Shown here one piece after another: positions 1 to 8,932 of a stretch of DNA of 64,000 bases (its first letter is position 1; every line of letters starts with the position of its first letter). A program made the translations under genes and the position numbers. Source of the stretch: Desulfomonilia bacterium (GTDB lineage Bacteria; Desulfobacterota; Desulfomonilia; UBA1062); assembly GCA_050014195.1 (NCBI GenBank), contig JBEKDT010000005.1:1-64000 (forward strand). Direction: 5' to 3'. The notes beneath the pieces were generated by a model, which did no database searches, was not told the DNA's origin, and worked only from the letters and a program-made list of their open reading frames with translations.

Positions 1-2
1 GA

Positions 3-137
3 GAAATAAAAGCTGAGATCACTCATGCCATAGGAGACAAGAGAATCCTTGATCTTGATAAAAATCCCACTCGCAAAAAGTTAACGGGTAAGAAAAAGGG
101 AGATCTGAGTATACAAGGCAAGAACAAGCAGTATTAA
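3..137 (+). CDS. possible 3' end of a gene entering the window
   Basis: Frame is open from position 3 (EIKAEITHAIGDKRILDLDKNPTRKK...) to TAA at 135-137, convergent with the next gene. No recognisable motif. Confidence 0.3.
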   Translation, partial: EIKAEITHAIGDKRILDLDKNPTRKKLTGKKKGDLSIQGKNKQY

Positions 138-165
138 GGATTAATATACAACATGAAGATGATAC

Positions 166-1662
166 TCATGAGGTCCCATGAGAACCAACATTCAGATACG
201 CCCCCACTTCATGCTGGAAAAATTGCGAGGGGTCAATTCCTAGTTGAGAGAAGTGAATGCTCCTCACAATACTCCTTCGAGGCGTTTTCTCATCTATTCC
301 TTGGGTCGCAAGATCAACCAGTTCACCCTGGGTCTTGCCTCCTTTGCCATCATCGACGATAAGCATAATCACAGGGAGGCCCTTTTCGGATTCATCCGGG
401 TAGTCCATCACTATGCCGACTTCTCCTCCATCCAGTTCCACTATCGAGCCGATGGGGTATATCCCCATCATGTTTATAAAGTTCTTCAATAATATCGTAT
501 CAAAGCTTCTCCCCTTCTCGCTCCACATTCGTCTCAAGGCTTCATCAGGGGTGAGTGTACTTGAATTATCGATCCGCTCCGATGTCAGTGCATCGTAGAC
601 ATCGGCAATACGAAGGATTTTCCCAAAGAGACTCAGTTCCCTCACAAAATGCGTCTTGGGATATCCGGAAAGGTCAGGATTCAGATGGTGTTCAAAGGGG
701 CCGAGAATAATTCTCGATCTCAGGGAATGGGGTATATCCAAATTGAGAATTTTTCTCACACTGATAAGGGGGTGTCTCCGTACGATTCCCCATTCTTCAG
801 TGCTCAGCTCGTCTTGCTTGAGAGGGATCTCGTCTGCAGCTTCCAATTTTCCTAAATCATGAAACAGTGCCGAGATCGCAAGGTACTCGAGAGAGACCGG
901 AGACAACCCCACATGTCTTCCCAGGCATGTGGCAAGTAAACCAACATTTACCGAATGGATATAGGTATGATCTTCATAGTTCTTCATTGAGGCTAATCTC
1001 AGCATGAGTGAACTATCCTCAGAGGCTAGATCCACTATCGTCTGGGCCAGGCGTCTTGCCTTACGGACCCCGGCATTATCTTTAGAGGCTTTCTCAGCCA
1101 TATCTTTTACGGTATCCAGGGCGAGAAAGTAGGCATGCCGGGCATGTTCTCTGCTTTCTGCATCAACATCCTGCTTAAGATTCTGCCCGAGATTCTGCTG
1201 GCTTTCATCTGGTTTCCTGAATATCTCCACCCATGAGAATCTATTCTTTTCTAATTGCAGATCAAGCCAGCCGGGGGGATCCTCATGTTTGATACATTCA
1301 TCGAGGAGCCGTATAAACAACACCAGATCCTCGGGTAAGGCTGTCTTTATACTGGGAAGAAAACACAAACCTCCGAGCTCTCGTTTAGAAAAATATTCCT
1401 GCATCTCATTGATGATATGGAATGTCCCCCGCTGATAAACCAGCTTCTCACCTTGTAAATGGAATCTTCCGCGCCAGATCTGGATGGCTAGTTCTTCGTT
1501 TCCTGAGAGCTCTGAAACAATAGCATTGAGATTGGTGACACAATCCTTGACCAGTTGATTGTTATCCTTATGAATCCTTACGGTACTGATAAAATGATAG
1601 AAGGTCTTGAGTAACATGCCTCCCAACTGCTCATGCTGCGTCTTCTGATCAGACACGGTCAT
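166..1662 (-). CDS. HD-GYP domain protein (putative cyclic dinucleotide phosphodiesterase)
   Basis: HTYIHS, ALFHDLGK, EHHLNPDLSGYP and IADVYDALT motifs. The start lies just after the HEAT gene stop, with a GGAGA RBS. Confidence 0.85.
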   Translation of the reverse strand: MTVSDQKTQHEQLGGMLLKTFYHFISTVRIHKDNNQLVKDCVTNLNAIVSELSGNEELAIQIWRGRFHLQGEKLVYQRGTFHIINEMQEYFSKRELGGLCFLPSIKTALPEDLVLFIRLLDECIKHEDPPGWLDLQLEKNRFSWVEIFRKPDESQQNLGQNLKQDVDAESREHARHAYFLALDTVKDMAEKASKDNAGVRKARRLAQTIVDLASEDSSLMLRLASMKNYEDHTYIHSVNVGLLATCLGRHVGLSPVSLEYLAISALFHDLGKLEAADEIPLKQDELSTEEWGIVRRHPLISVRKILNLDIPHSLRSRIILGPFEHHLNPDLSGYPKTHFVRELSLFGKILRIADVYDALTSERIDNSSTLTPDEALRRMWSEKGRSFDTILLKNFINMMGIYPIGSIVELDGGEVGIVMDYPDESEKGLPVIMLIVDDGKGGKTQGELVDLATQGIDEKTPRRSIVRSIHFSQLGIDPSQFFQHEVGAYLNVGSHGTS

Positions 1663-1668
1663 TCTCCA

Positions 1669-3345
1669 TCAGCTTATGACTTTTCGGGCTATACGCCTGA
1701 GGCTTGGATAAAAACTTCTGCCGGCATCTTCCAACACCTGGCGGGCTTCCTTTGTCCCGATTTTGCTCAGTGCAATAGCAGCACCCATCCGATGCGCCTT
1801 TTTCCCGAAGGACGGCAACCATCCGGTTCCGAACAGCGTTTGCCGGAGAAAAGGGATAGAACGCGAAGAACCGCATTGCCCAAGGGTCGTGAAGCAAGCG
1901 ATTACATGATCGCTATGCGTGTTTTTGGTTATCTGGTGTTCAAGGTATTTCAGAAGGAATCTTTCGGCAGCCTGGTTACGTGACTGCCCCATATGTTTCA
2001 GGATCAGACGGCGGATAGACTCGTCTCTGTCATCAATGAGGTTAAAGATTTCATGAATATGATCAGGGTCTCGCTGGAATATTCCCTTTAATGCCTCTTG
2101 GCGTATACGCTCTGATGGATGGCGAACAAGACTCATTAAAACTTTTAAGGGTCGTTCTCCCTTCAGACCTGCTAACACGCGGATGAGGCTTTGTACCAGC
2201 TTTTCATCCGGGCTTTTGAGCAGAGTCTCCAGGGGGTGCATATCTCGAGAAGCCAGTGAGAGTATCGCCTCCATGAGTAGTTGTTGAAGCTGAACGGATT
2301 GATTCTGCTGCAACAAGAGGCCGAGGGCACCAATGGCCTCTGGTTGAAGAAACTTGAAAATCTGTTTGATTTTTTCAAACTGGCTTGCATCAATGTTCGT
2401 CCAATAATCTTTTAAAGGGGCAAGTGATTGTGGACTGGAGATGGTAAGGAAAAAGTTCTCAATAAATTGAACGGCCTTAGGAACTATATCGGCCTTACAC
2501 GTATCGAATACATAGTTTAAATTCTCAAGGATCTTGATTGTAGCGCTGAAGTCTCCTCGATCTAGTGAGCTCTTAAACTCTTCCTGAAGCACCTTGAGGA
2601 TAACCCCGAAATTCTCTTGTTCTCTATACTGGAGAAGACTATCGAATAATGCATTTAAATAAGCTGTCGAGACCTTCTCTTCCTCAATATGAACCATTGT
2701 CTGCATCATAGCCGTCTCTTGCTGAGTAAGCACGACCGAGGCTTGATCTATCGGGGGGTCAGTCTGAGGTGTCCAGTCGGCAGACACGTTCCTTTGAGGC
2801 AATGCATGACCTTTGCTTCCCGAATCAGGGGAAGGTGTAGTGGTTGCTTCTTGATCGACTCCCCAAGAGAAATCCGCTACTTCGTATTTCATATGCAGTA
2901 ACCTGGTTTCCCAAAAAGCGGTTACGATATCGCTGTCTGATTTATCTGATAATATACTGTATTTGTTAATAATACTTATGAATTTTTTTAATTCATCAGG
3001 GTCTATCCCGTCTGTAAATTCCAGCCATCTGATCCCGTCACGAAAAAGGGTGAAAGAAAGCGTTCCTTCTTCCGGGGGTTCTGAAAGGATTACTTCCCCC
3101 TGGGAAACGATCCGATCCTTATCTATCTCGAACCTCAGGTCGCCATGGGTACGGAGATATGTCCCGATTTGTGAGTGGAGATGTTCTAATGCATTTACGC
3201 AGATCGTGTGATCTTCAGGGTATAACGAGTAATGTTTCCTTGCGAGAAGCAGGCTTGAGAGCACCTTTTTTGCCATCCCCGACTTCTCATCAACAGGGTC
3301 GGTGCTCGCTGTTTTCAATCGTCTTTCTTCGGTATTCGCCACCAC
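1669..3345 (-). CDS. HEAT-repeat domain protein
   Basis: 558 aa with C-terminal HEAT-like units (LKSPDEKLVQ, HPSERIRQEALK, DRDESIRR, GAAIALSKIG). The N-terminus YSLYPEDH resembles proteins paired with HD-GYP genes. Confidence 0.8.
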   Translation of the reverse strand: MVANTEERRLKTASTDPVDEKSGMAKKVLSSLLLARKHYSLYPEDHTICVNALEHLHSQIGTYLRTHGDLRFEIDKDRIVSQGEVILSEPPEEGTLSFTLFRDGIRWLEFTDGIDPDELKKFISIINKYSILSDKSDSDIVTAFWETRLLHMKYEVADFSWGVDQEATTTPSPDSGSKGHALPQRNVSADWTPQTDPPIDQASVVLTQQETAMMQTMVHIEEEKVSTAYLNALFDSLLQYREQENFGVILKVLQEEFKSSLDRGDFSATIKILENLNYVFDTCKADIVPKAVQFIENFFLTISSPQSLAPLKDYWTNIDASQFEKIKQIFKFLQPEAIGALGLLLQQNQSVQLQQLLMEAILSLASRDMHPLETLLKSPDEKLVQSLIRVLAGLKGERPLKVLMSLVRHPSERIRQEALKGIFQRDPDHIHEIFNLIDDRDESIRRLILKHMGQSRNQAAERFLLKYLEHQITKNTHSDHVIACFTTLGQCGSSRSIPFLRQTLFGTGWLPSFGKKAHRMGAAIALSKIGTKEARQVLEDAGRSFYPSLRRIARKVIS

Positions 3346-3415
3346 GCCGTCCCTCTTACACGTATTGCTCCGACCTTACTTCATCTTCCAAGGTCATTCG
3401 TACACACTGATTAAA

Positions 3416-3443
3416 TAATCGGAATATTACCTCTCAAACTATA
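3416..3443 (-). promoter_or_regulatory. sigma28 (FliA)-like promoter for the HEAT/HD-GYP pair
   Basis: Minus strand reads TATAGTTT-N12-TCCGATTA versus consensus TAAAGTTT-N11-GCCGATAA. Confidence 0.4.
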
Positions 3444-3461
3444 AAGAGAAGGGTGATCAAC

Positions 3462-3647
3462 TCAATGCCTGCACTCTCGAAAGAGTTTAAAAACTAAAAT
3501 GAGGAAGAGAAAGAAAACCACTACACTAGGCCACATGGGTATTGTGACGCTGCCTACTACTATTGGCACTTGGAGAATTATTCTGACCAAGTGGGCAATT
3601 GCAATTATGAAGAATACCAGAGCAGCAACTATAGTAAATGGTTTCAT
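3462..3647 (-). CDS. small membrane protein (2 TM)
   Basis: MKPFTIVAALVFFIIAIAHLVRII..., two hydrophobic segments, GGAGG RBS before the ATG at 3647. Confidence 0.7.
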   Translation of the reverse strand: MKPFTIVAALVFFIIAIAHLVRIILQVPIVVGSVTIPMWPSVVVFFLFLILVFKLFRECRH

Positions 3648-3676
3648 GATCCCGCCTCCAAATGTATTCATCCTGT

Positions 3677-4150
3677 CTAAATAGTTATCTTGTCCTTAGA
3701 TTTTTTACCTGTTACTTGTTCAATCGTAATTTGCCAGAGTCGGGTTTTATTGAGCGTCTCTTCATCAAAATCCCATTCCTTGCCTGAATAATGCCTCATT
3801 ATTTGATCGAATGCTTTAACCTTGTGCCGGTGATCTGTTATTTCTTGAACAGTACCAAAACCAATCACACTATAGAAGGAATGTGTCCACTTGCATGCAA
3901 GAGAATCATTCGTGATAATCTTGACATCATGTTCAAGCTCAAAACATATTTGGGGATTGGTTGACATGTAATCAATCTTTGTGCCCTCTATGGCAGTATG
4001 AAAATATATAAACGTACCATCATATCCATAGGAGACCGGAACAATATACGGTTTGTTATTGTTACTTAATCCCAGCCTGCAAACTTGGGCTTTTGCGATG
4101 ATTTGTTCGATCAGATCTCTGTTTTCAATTTCCTTGTCTTTGCGCCGCAT
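3677..4150 (-). CDS. pyridoxamine 5'-phosphate oxidase-like / NimA-family flavin-binding protein
   Basis: MRRKDKEI start, VCRLGL, PYIVPVSYGY, IYFHTA.EG.K, YSVIGFG, TGKKS. AGGAGG RBS. Confidence 0.88.
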   Translation of the reverse strand: MRRKDKEIENRDLIEQIIAKAQVCRLGLSNNNKPYIVPVSYGYDGTFIYFHTAIEGTKIDYMSTNPQICFELEHDVKIITNDSLACKWTHSFYSVIGFGTVQEITDHRHKVKAFDQIMRHYSGKEWDFDEETLNKTRLWQITIEQVTGKKSKDKITI

Positions 4151-4344
4151 GTGACCTCCTTTTAAAAGATACTGTGAGATTCGACATCAACATTATATGA
4201 AGTGAAAATATATTTAAAGGACATGTAGTTTCTGTGGCCATTGGTCTTGAGAATCTTTTTGATAGGAGGCTTGTTATACGCTGTTTTCATGAGGGAAAAT
4301 AATTAATTCTCTGAAATGTTACTCACTATTTCTCTCAAGGTAAA

Positions 4345-4372
4345 TCAAGTTTTTTACTTCAATTGTCGATAA
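4345..4372 (+). promoter_or_regulatory. sigma28-like promoter
   Basis: TCAAGTTT-N12-GTCGATAA, ending 24 bp upstream of the ATG at 4397. Confidence 0.5.
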
Positions 4373-4396
4373 GACCTATGACGAGGAGGCACCCCT

Positions 4397-4954
4397 ATGT
4401 CAAATATCACTGATGTCAGCAACTCTCTGTTGAGCAGTTTGCTCCTCAACAACCAGCAGACTGATTCATCACAAGATTCAACACAGACGACCAATGGAGA
4501 GACTACGACTCCAGCATCCGGCATTAATGATGTTGTCAGTCTCTCAAACTCTATCAAGGAGATGGAGAACGATCCCCTGCTCAGTATTGAAGGCCAGGGA
4601 GGAACAGGATCGGATAATTCTATTTACAATTTACTGAGCGGAAACCAGGGATCGAGTGATTCAAACGATTCCCTATACAATATCATGCTGTCTGATGAGA
4701 ATGCGAAGCTCATGCAGGCAAACCCCAGCTTGGTCCAGGATATCATATCTGAGGAGCAGTCACAAACTACGGATAGCGGATCAACTTCTTCTACAAGTCA
4801 ATCTCTCGATTCGCAGGCCTTGCAGGATATTGAAAATACTAATTTACTTACCATGAGCCCTGATACCCTCATATCTCTTTTACAAAAGTACACAAGTACT
4901 GAAAATTCAGCCGCCCAGACCACTCCCGGAACACAAGTGGATCAGAAAGTATAA
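4397..4954 (+). CDS. Ser/Thr/Gln/Asn-rich acidic hypothetical protein
   Basis: 185 aa, strong GAGGAGG RBS, low-complexity composition, no Sec signal, ends PGTQVDQKV. Confidence 0.75.
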   Translation: MSNITDVSNSLLSSLLLNNQQTDSSQDSTQTTNGETTTPASGINDVVSLSNSIKEMENDPLLSIEGQGGTGSDNSIYNLLSGNQGSSDSNDSLYNIMLSDENAKLMQANPSLVQDIISEEQSQTTDSGSTSSTSQSLDSQALQDIENTNLLTMSPDTLISLLQKYTSTENSAAQTTPGTQVDQKV

Positions 4955-5020
4955 GAATCCCCTTACCGATAATCAGTTTCTGATGGTGTCAAGCAGACAA
5001 GAGTATCTGTCTCCGCTCCC

Positions 5021-5425
5021 TTAAATCTTTCCGTCCCGGGTGTTGTTATTGGGGACATCTGATTTTAAGCGGGACGGCAGGTGGTTGGCAGCAAAGAAAA
5101 ACCCAAAGGATATAATAAGGGTAATGCAGGCTATTGTGTATGCGAGTGATCTTCCATGCCACAACCCGACAATCCAACGACTGAACTCATCGGCAAACAC
5201 AGCAGCCTTTCCGCCATAGAGCTCCAGATCATGTCTATACATCTTGGAATCTTGGGGCATAACCGGATAAACAGACCCACCTACTATTTCGTAACCCAGA
5301 ACGCCGCTCAAATCATCTTCAGCTGTCTGATAAATGTAGATGGCACTCCCCAAACCAACCAGCAGGATAATGGCGCTGATAAGTTTCAAGAATGCATGCA
5401 GATTTTTTATTTTCCACCTCATCAT
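5021..5425 (-). CDS. hypothetical membrane protein (2 TM)
   Basis: Two hydrophobic helices flank SKMYRHDLELYGGKAAV. AGGAG RBS upstream. Confidence 0.7.
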   Translation of the reverse strand: MMRWKIKNLHAFLKLISAIILLVGLGSAIYIYQTAEDDLSGVLGYEIVGGSVYPVMPQDSKMYRHDLELYGGKAAVFADEFSRWIVGLWHGRSLAYTIACITLIISFGFFFAANHLPSRLKSDVPNNNTRDGKI

Positions 5426-5484
5426 CTACCTGTTTCTCCTGCTATATTGATGATGTCAATGACCCCATTCCATACGGCCCCTTG

Positions 5485-5922
5485 TTAGAACGGAGATTTA
5501 ATCACACCGGTTTGTTTGTCAATTATGAGCATGCCCAGTGACGAGCCGTCCTTTGTGATAATTTCAACATCAAACTCATTGTCTTTTTCTAAGATTTTCA
5601 AAGGCTTAAGATCGGAATCCCCTAAGAGGTAAATGTAATTGTCTACAAGATAACGAGCCTGATCCATGGTAACAGGTTCTTCCAGTTTAGGAGATTTTTT
5701 TTCATACTCCGTCATATATCTATCCCTGTAATCTTGATACCTGTTGATGCCCTCATTCAAATTATTATACCCATGGTCGTTGATACACCATGAGCAGAGC
5801 CAGACGTCATCTTCCCCACCCGAGTAATGTCTGTCATCAAGATCTCTGTGGGCATATATCTGTGTGGTACCTGCCGCCAAGGTAAAAAATACAAACAGTA
5901 CTAAGATCTTTGTCAGCTTCAT
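5485..5922 (-). CDS. exported protein with PepSY-like C-terminal domain
   Basis: Signal peptide (MKLTKILVLFVFFTLAAG...YA). C-terminus TMDQAR...FDVEIITKDG...IDKQTG is PepSY-like. GGAGG RBS. Confidence 0.65.
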   Translation of the reverse strand: MKLTKILVLFVFFTLAAGTTQIYAHRDLDDRHYSGGEDDVWLCSWCINDHGYNNLNEGINRYQDYRDRYMTEYEKKSPKLEEPVTMDQARYLVDNYIYLLGDSDLKPLKILEKDNEFDVEIITKDGSSLGMLIIDKQTGVIKSPF

Positions 5923-6304
5923 ATTCCCCTCCTTTGAGAAGATGAGGACATCCTTCTATTGTTCTTGTTTAATATGTAGTAGGGTATCATGCCAGAAAAT
6001 CAATCCCGCCCGTGCAGGTGTTTCTATAATAAAATCCATAGAAGCTGACCCGTACTGTGGCCGCGGCCCCCAGACGGGTAGTCAGCGGATAGGTATCTGT
6101 TCTCTCACCCCGGGCAATCTTGATTTTCAGGGTCCATGACCTCAGACTTTGTGAATCATTGAATAGTATAGGCAATATCATTCATTATAAGAATTTGACA
6201 TATTTTCGTCATGCATGAAGAATTGATGCAGGCTTTTGGGATGCCTGCATTTCAGGCACCGTATCCCTGAAACGGGAAAAGACCCCATATTTCAAAGGAG
6301 GTGT

Positions 6305-6403
6305 ATGATGAAAGAATTACCAGAAAACCAAGAAATAAAAGAAGGGCAAGGGTCCCACCTTCGGCGTATGCCCGCCCTGTGCCGAATACATGGGCGCAGT
6401 TGA
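6305..6403 (+). CDS. small ORF (32 aa), possibly frameshifted
   Basis: A strong AAAGGAGGT RBS precedes MMKELPENQEIKEGQG... A sigma70-like TTGACA-N17-AAGAAT lies at 6195-6223. Confidence 0.3.
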   Translation: MMKELPENQEIKEGQGSHLRRMPALCRIHGRS

Positions 6404-6508
6404 CAGCAATAAATATGACTTTGTGCAGAAGTAGGGAGCCGACTGGCTGATGAAGAACCTGCCGGGCACCGTGGTAGCATGGATGTAAATATATCAGGAG
6501 GCGTCTTT

Positions 6509-6916
6509 ATGAAGAGAACAACCATTGCCGTACTTACGTTTTCCATGATCTTTCTCATAACCTTAAGTGGAAATCCCGCATTTGGTGCATCAAAGGCTCT
6601 CACCAATGAGAGTGATTTCAATGCAGGAGATTTGCCACAGGGAACCTTGATCGTCCATGATTTTATTTTTAAGAATACGGGGAGCGAACCTCTCACTTTA
6701 AAGGTGACGTCCTGTACGTGCGGAGGGGTTAAATATGAGACCCCTTCACCAATACAACCAGGCAAGACTGATAAGATAAGGGTGAGTATTCCGACAAAGT
6801 ATCTCAAGGGAGGCTATAAAAAAGATATCCTGGTTCAGACCAATGATCCTGAGAAAAAGGAAATACACTTCACTATCCAGGCCAATATCAAGGGGGCAGT
6901 GTCTAGCGCACCCTGA
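6509..6916 (+). CDS. DUF1573-family exported Ig-like protein
   Basis: Signal peptide, then HDFIFKNTGSEPL, SCTC, IQPG, KDILVQTNDP. AGGAGG RBS. Confidence 0.8.
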   Translation: MKRTTIAVLTFSMIFLITLSGNPAFGASKALTNESDFNAGDLPQGTLIVHDFIFKNTGSEPLTLKVTSCTCGGVKYETPSPIQPGKTDKIRVSIPTKYLKGGYKKDILVQTNDPEKKEIHFTIQANIKGAVSSAP

Positions 6917-6951
6917 TCTGTCGTCTTTACCCGGGTCAAGCCGGGGGCTAA

Positions 6952-8079
6952 TCAAACCAGCGATTTACGCCTTGGCAACAAGGGGGGGCTGTTAAAGCCC
7001 TCCCTTCCCCTGCAATTTGGTATCAAAACCTCTTGATCGACTTTCTTCCGCGAATGTCCTGCGTCTTCCGCCACAGTCCTGTCTACCGACAGGATCCTCA
7101 TACGCATGCAGCTGTGGCAATGAACCGGGTCTTCAGCAATGCAGCGCTTGTTGGGATAGATCTCATAGTGCACCCGGTACTGCAAGGGGGTGTAATTCGG
7201 CATGACCACGTCCGCACCGGCCTGGAGCGCGAGCTCCCTGCCGTCGTCTTGAATCGATCCGATTGCCGTTGTGGCCGGGATAAGGGCATTCCTGGTCACG
7301 ATGCGCGCCAGGGCCACCATCTTGAGCGACATGTCAAGCCCGCCGTTTAGACTGCCTGCATACGGGGTATTCGGGTGCGCAATGAACGGCCCGATGCCCA
7401 CCATATCGGGCTGGAATTGCCGGATGAACTCGATGTCGTCGGCCAGGTGCTCAATGGTCTGGCCGGGCACACCCACCATGCTGCCTGCACCCACCTGAAA
7501 ACCGAGATCACGGAGGTCCGCAAGACATCCCATCCGCTCATCATAGCGCGAATCAGGGTGGAGTCGCGTATATAATTCCGGATTTGCAGCCTCATGCCTT
7601 AAGAGGTAGCGATCCGCCCCGGCATTACGCAACTTTCTGAATTCATCATGAGGCCTCTCGCCCACGCACATGGTCACGGCCATACCGGTGGATCGCTTTA
7701 TCCTGCGCACCATGTCCGAGAGCATGTCCACATGGTAGAATGGATCCTCTCCCGACTGGAGAACAATGGTCATCAACCCCTTGTTGGAAAGGGTGACGGC
7801 AAGCTCGACGATCTCATCTACGGACATACGGTACCGTACCAGGTCGCGGTTGCCCCTCCTGAGCCCACAGTAATTGCAGTTCCTCCTGCAGTGGTTCGAG
7901 AACTCCACCAGGGCCCGGATATGGACATCTTCCCCGCAGTGAACCCTGCGCACCTCGTCCGCACACCGGGTTATTGCATCGATCTCTGCACTGTCCTGGC
8001 GGCTTAAAAGGAACAGGATCTCCTCCCTGGTGAGCGAGCCTGATTGCAGGCAGGTATTCAATACATCATCCAGGTGCAC
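6952..8079 (-). CDS. hydE: HydE-type radical SAM protein ([FeFe]-hydrogenase maturase HydE family)
   Basis: IRALVEFSNHCRRNCNYCG (CxxxCxxC), LQSGED, RYLLRHE, GIGPFI.HP.TP, PATTA, YEIYP and a C-terminal Cx7Cx2C. The start overlaps the larE stop; the GTG at 8079 is a best guess. Confidence 0.75.
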   Translation of the reverse strand: MHLDDVLNTCLQSGSLTREEILFLLSRQDSAEIDAITRCADEVRRVHCGEDVHIRALVEFSNHCRRNCNYCGLRRGNRDLVRYRMSVDEIVELAVTLSNKGLMTIVLQSGEDPFYHVDMLSDMVRRIKRSTGMAVTMCVGERPHDEFRKLRNAGADRYLLRHEAANPELYTRLHPDSRYDERMGCLADLRDLGFQVGAGSMVGVPGQTIEHLADDIEFIRQFQPDMVGIGPFIAHPNTPYAGSLNGGLDMSLKMVALARIVTRNALIPATTAIGSIQDDGRELALQAGADVVMPNYTPLQYRVHYEIYPNKRCIAEDPVHCHSCMRMRILSVDRTVAEDAGHSRKKVDQEVLIPNCRGREGFNSPPLLPRRKSLV

Positions 8080-8899
8080 GGCGCCCCCCATTCTGAAGCA
8101 CTTCATTCATACTGCCCGAGCGGAATCCCTCCAGGTCGAGCGTTACATACACAAAGCCCGTGTGCTTGGCAAAGTCCACGAGCTCGGAAGCAAGGGAACC
8201 CTTTTGGACCATCTCCATCTCGTCCCTGCCGAGCTCGAGCCTGAGCAGGTTGCCGTGGTGCCGTGCCCGGAACACCTTGAATCCTTTCTCTGCGAGAAAA
8301 TCCTCCATGGCCTCGATCTGTTTGAGCTTACCAACCGTTACAATCGAGCCGTACGGGATGCGGGACGCCATACAGGCCATGGGCTGCTTGTCAGCCGTTC
8401 CCAGGTGATATATCTCCCGCGAGATGAGCCGTATGTCATCCTTGGTGATCCCGCACTCCAAGAGCGGGCTCCTGACGCCGAGCTCGCGGGCAGCCTTCAT
8501 GCCGGGCCGGAAATCACCCGTGTCGTCAAAGTTGGTTCCATCCGCAACCACAGATACCCCGAACTGCCGGGCTTCATCCCAGACCTTGGAGAAAAGCTCC
8601 TTCTTGCAGTAGTAGCATCTGTCCGGTGGATTCTCAGAGAAGCCCGGTATGTCGAGCTCTTCAGATACAATGGTGACATGCGGCACTCCCCGATTTTGTA
8701 CCCACTCGAGGGCCGATGTATATTCCCGCCACGGATACGTGGATGAGGTTGCGATAACAGCCAGGCACCTCTGTCCCAGGACTTCATGGGCCACCGTAAG
8801 GAGCAGCGTGCTGTCGACCCCGCCTGAGAAGGCAACGGCGCAGCCGCCCCATGATTCGAGGAGGGTTTTAAGTCTTTCCAGCTTCTCAAGATATCTCAT
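8066..8899 (-). CDS. larE: LarE-family ATP-dependent sulfur transferase (CxxC-C type)
   Basis: AFSGGVDS PP-loop, DRCYYCK, DGTN.DD..DFRPG, ACMASRIPYG, LDLEGFRSGSMN. Confidence 0.9.
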   Translation of the reverse strand: MRYLEKLERLKTLLESWGGCAVAFSGGVDSTLLLTVAHEVLGQRCLAVIATSSTYPWREYTSALEWVQNRGVPHVTIVSEELDIPGFSENPPDRCYYCKKELFSKVWDEARQFGVSVVADGTNFDDTGDFRPGMKAARELGVRSPLLECGITKDDIRLISREIYHLGTADKQPMACMASRIPYGSIVTVGKLKQIEAMEDFLAEKGFKVFRARHHGNLLRLELGRDEMEMVQKGSLASELVDFAKHTGFVYVTLDLEGFRSGSMNEVLQNGGRRAPG

Positions 8900-8932
8900 T
8901 TATGAACTCACTGATTTCATGTTATCTAAACA

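Noticed and set aside
6509-6916. Selenoprotein form of DUF1573
   Set aside because: The motif is SCTC encoded by Cys codons, with no in-frame TGA.
6980-7006. Hairpin inside the hydE 3' tail as a distinct element
   Set aside because: It may be a terminator for the convergent gene or a degenerate REP, and I cannot distinguish these from sequence alone.
6952-8079. PylB (pyrrolysine) or BioB identity for the radical SAM
   Set aside because: The motifs (EFSN.C, RHE, PATTA, YEIYP, Cx7Cx2C) fit HydE, and there are no pylS/C/D or bio genes nearby.
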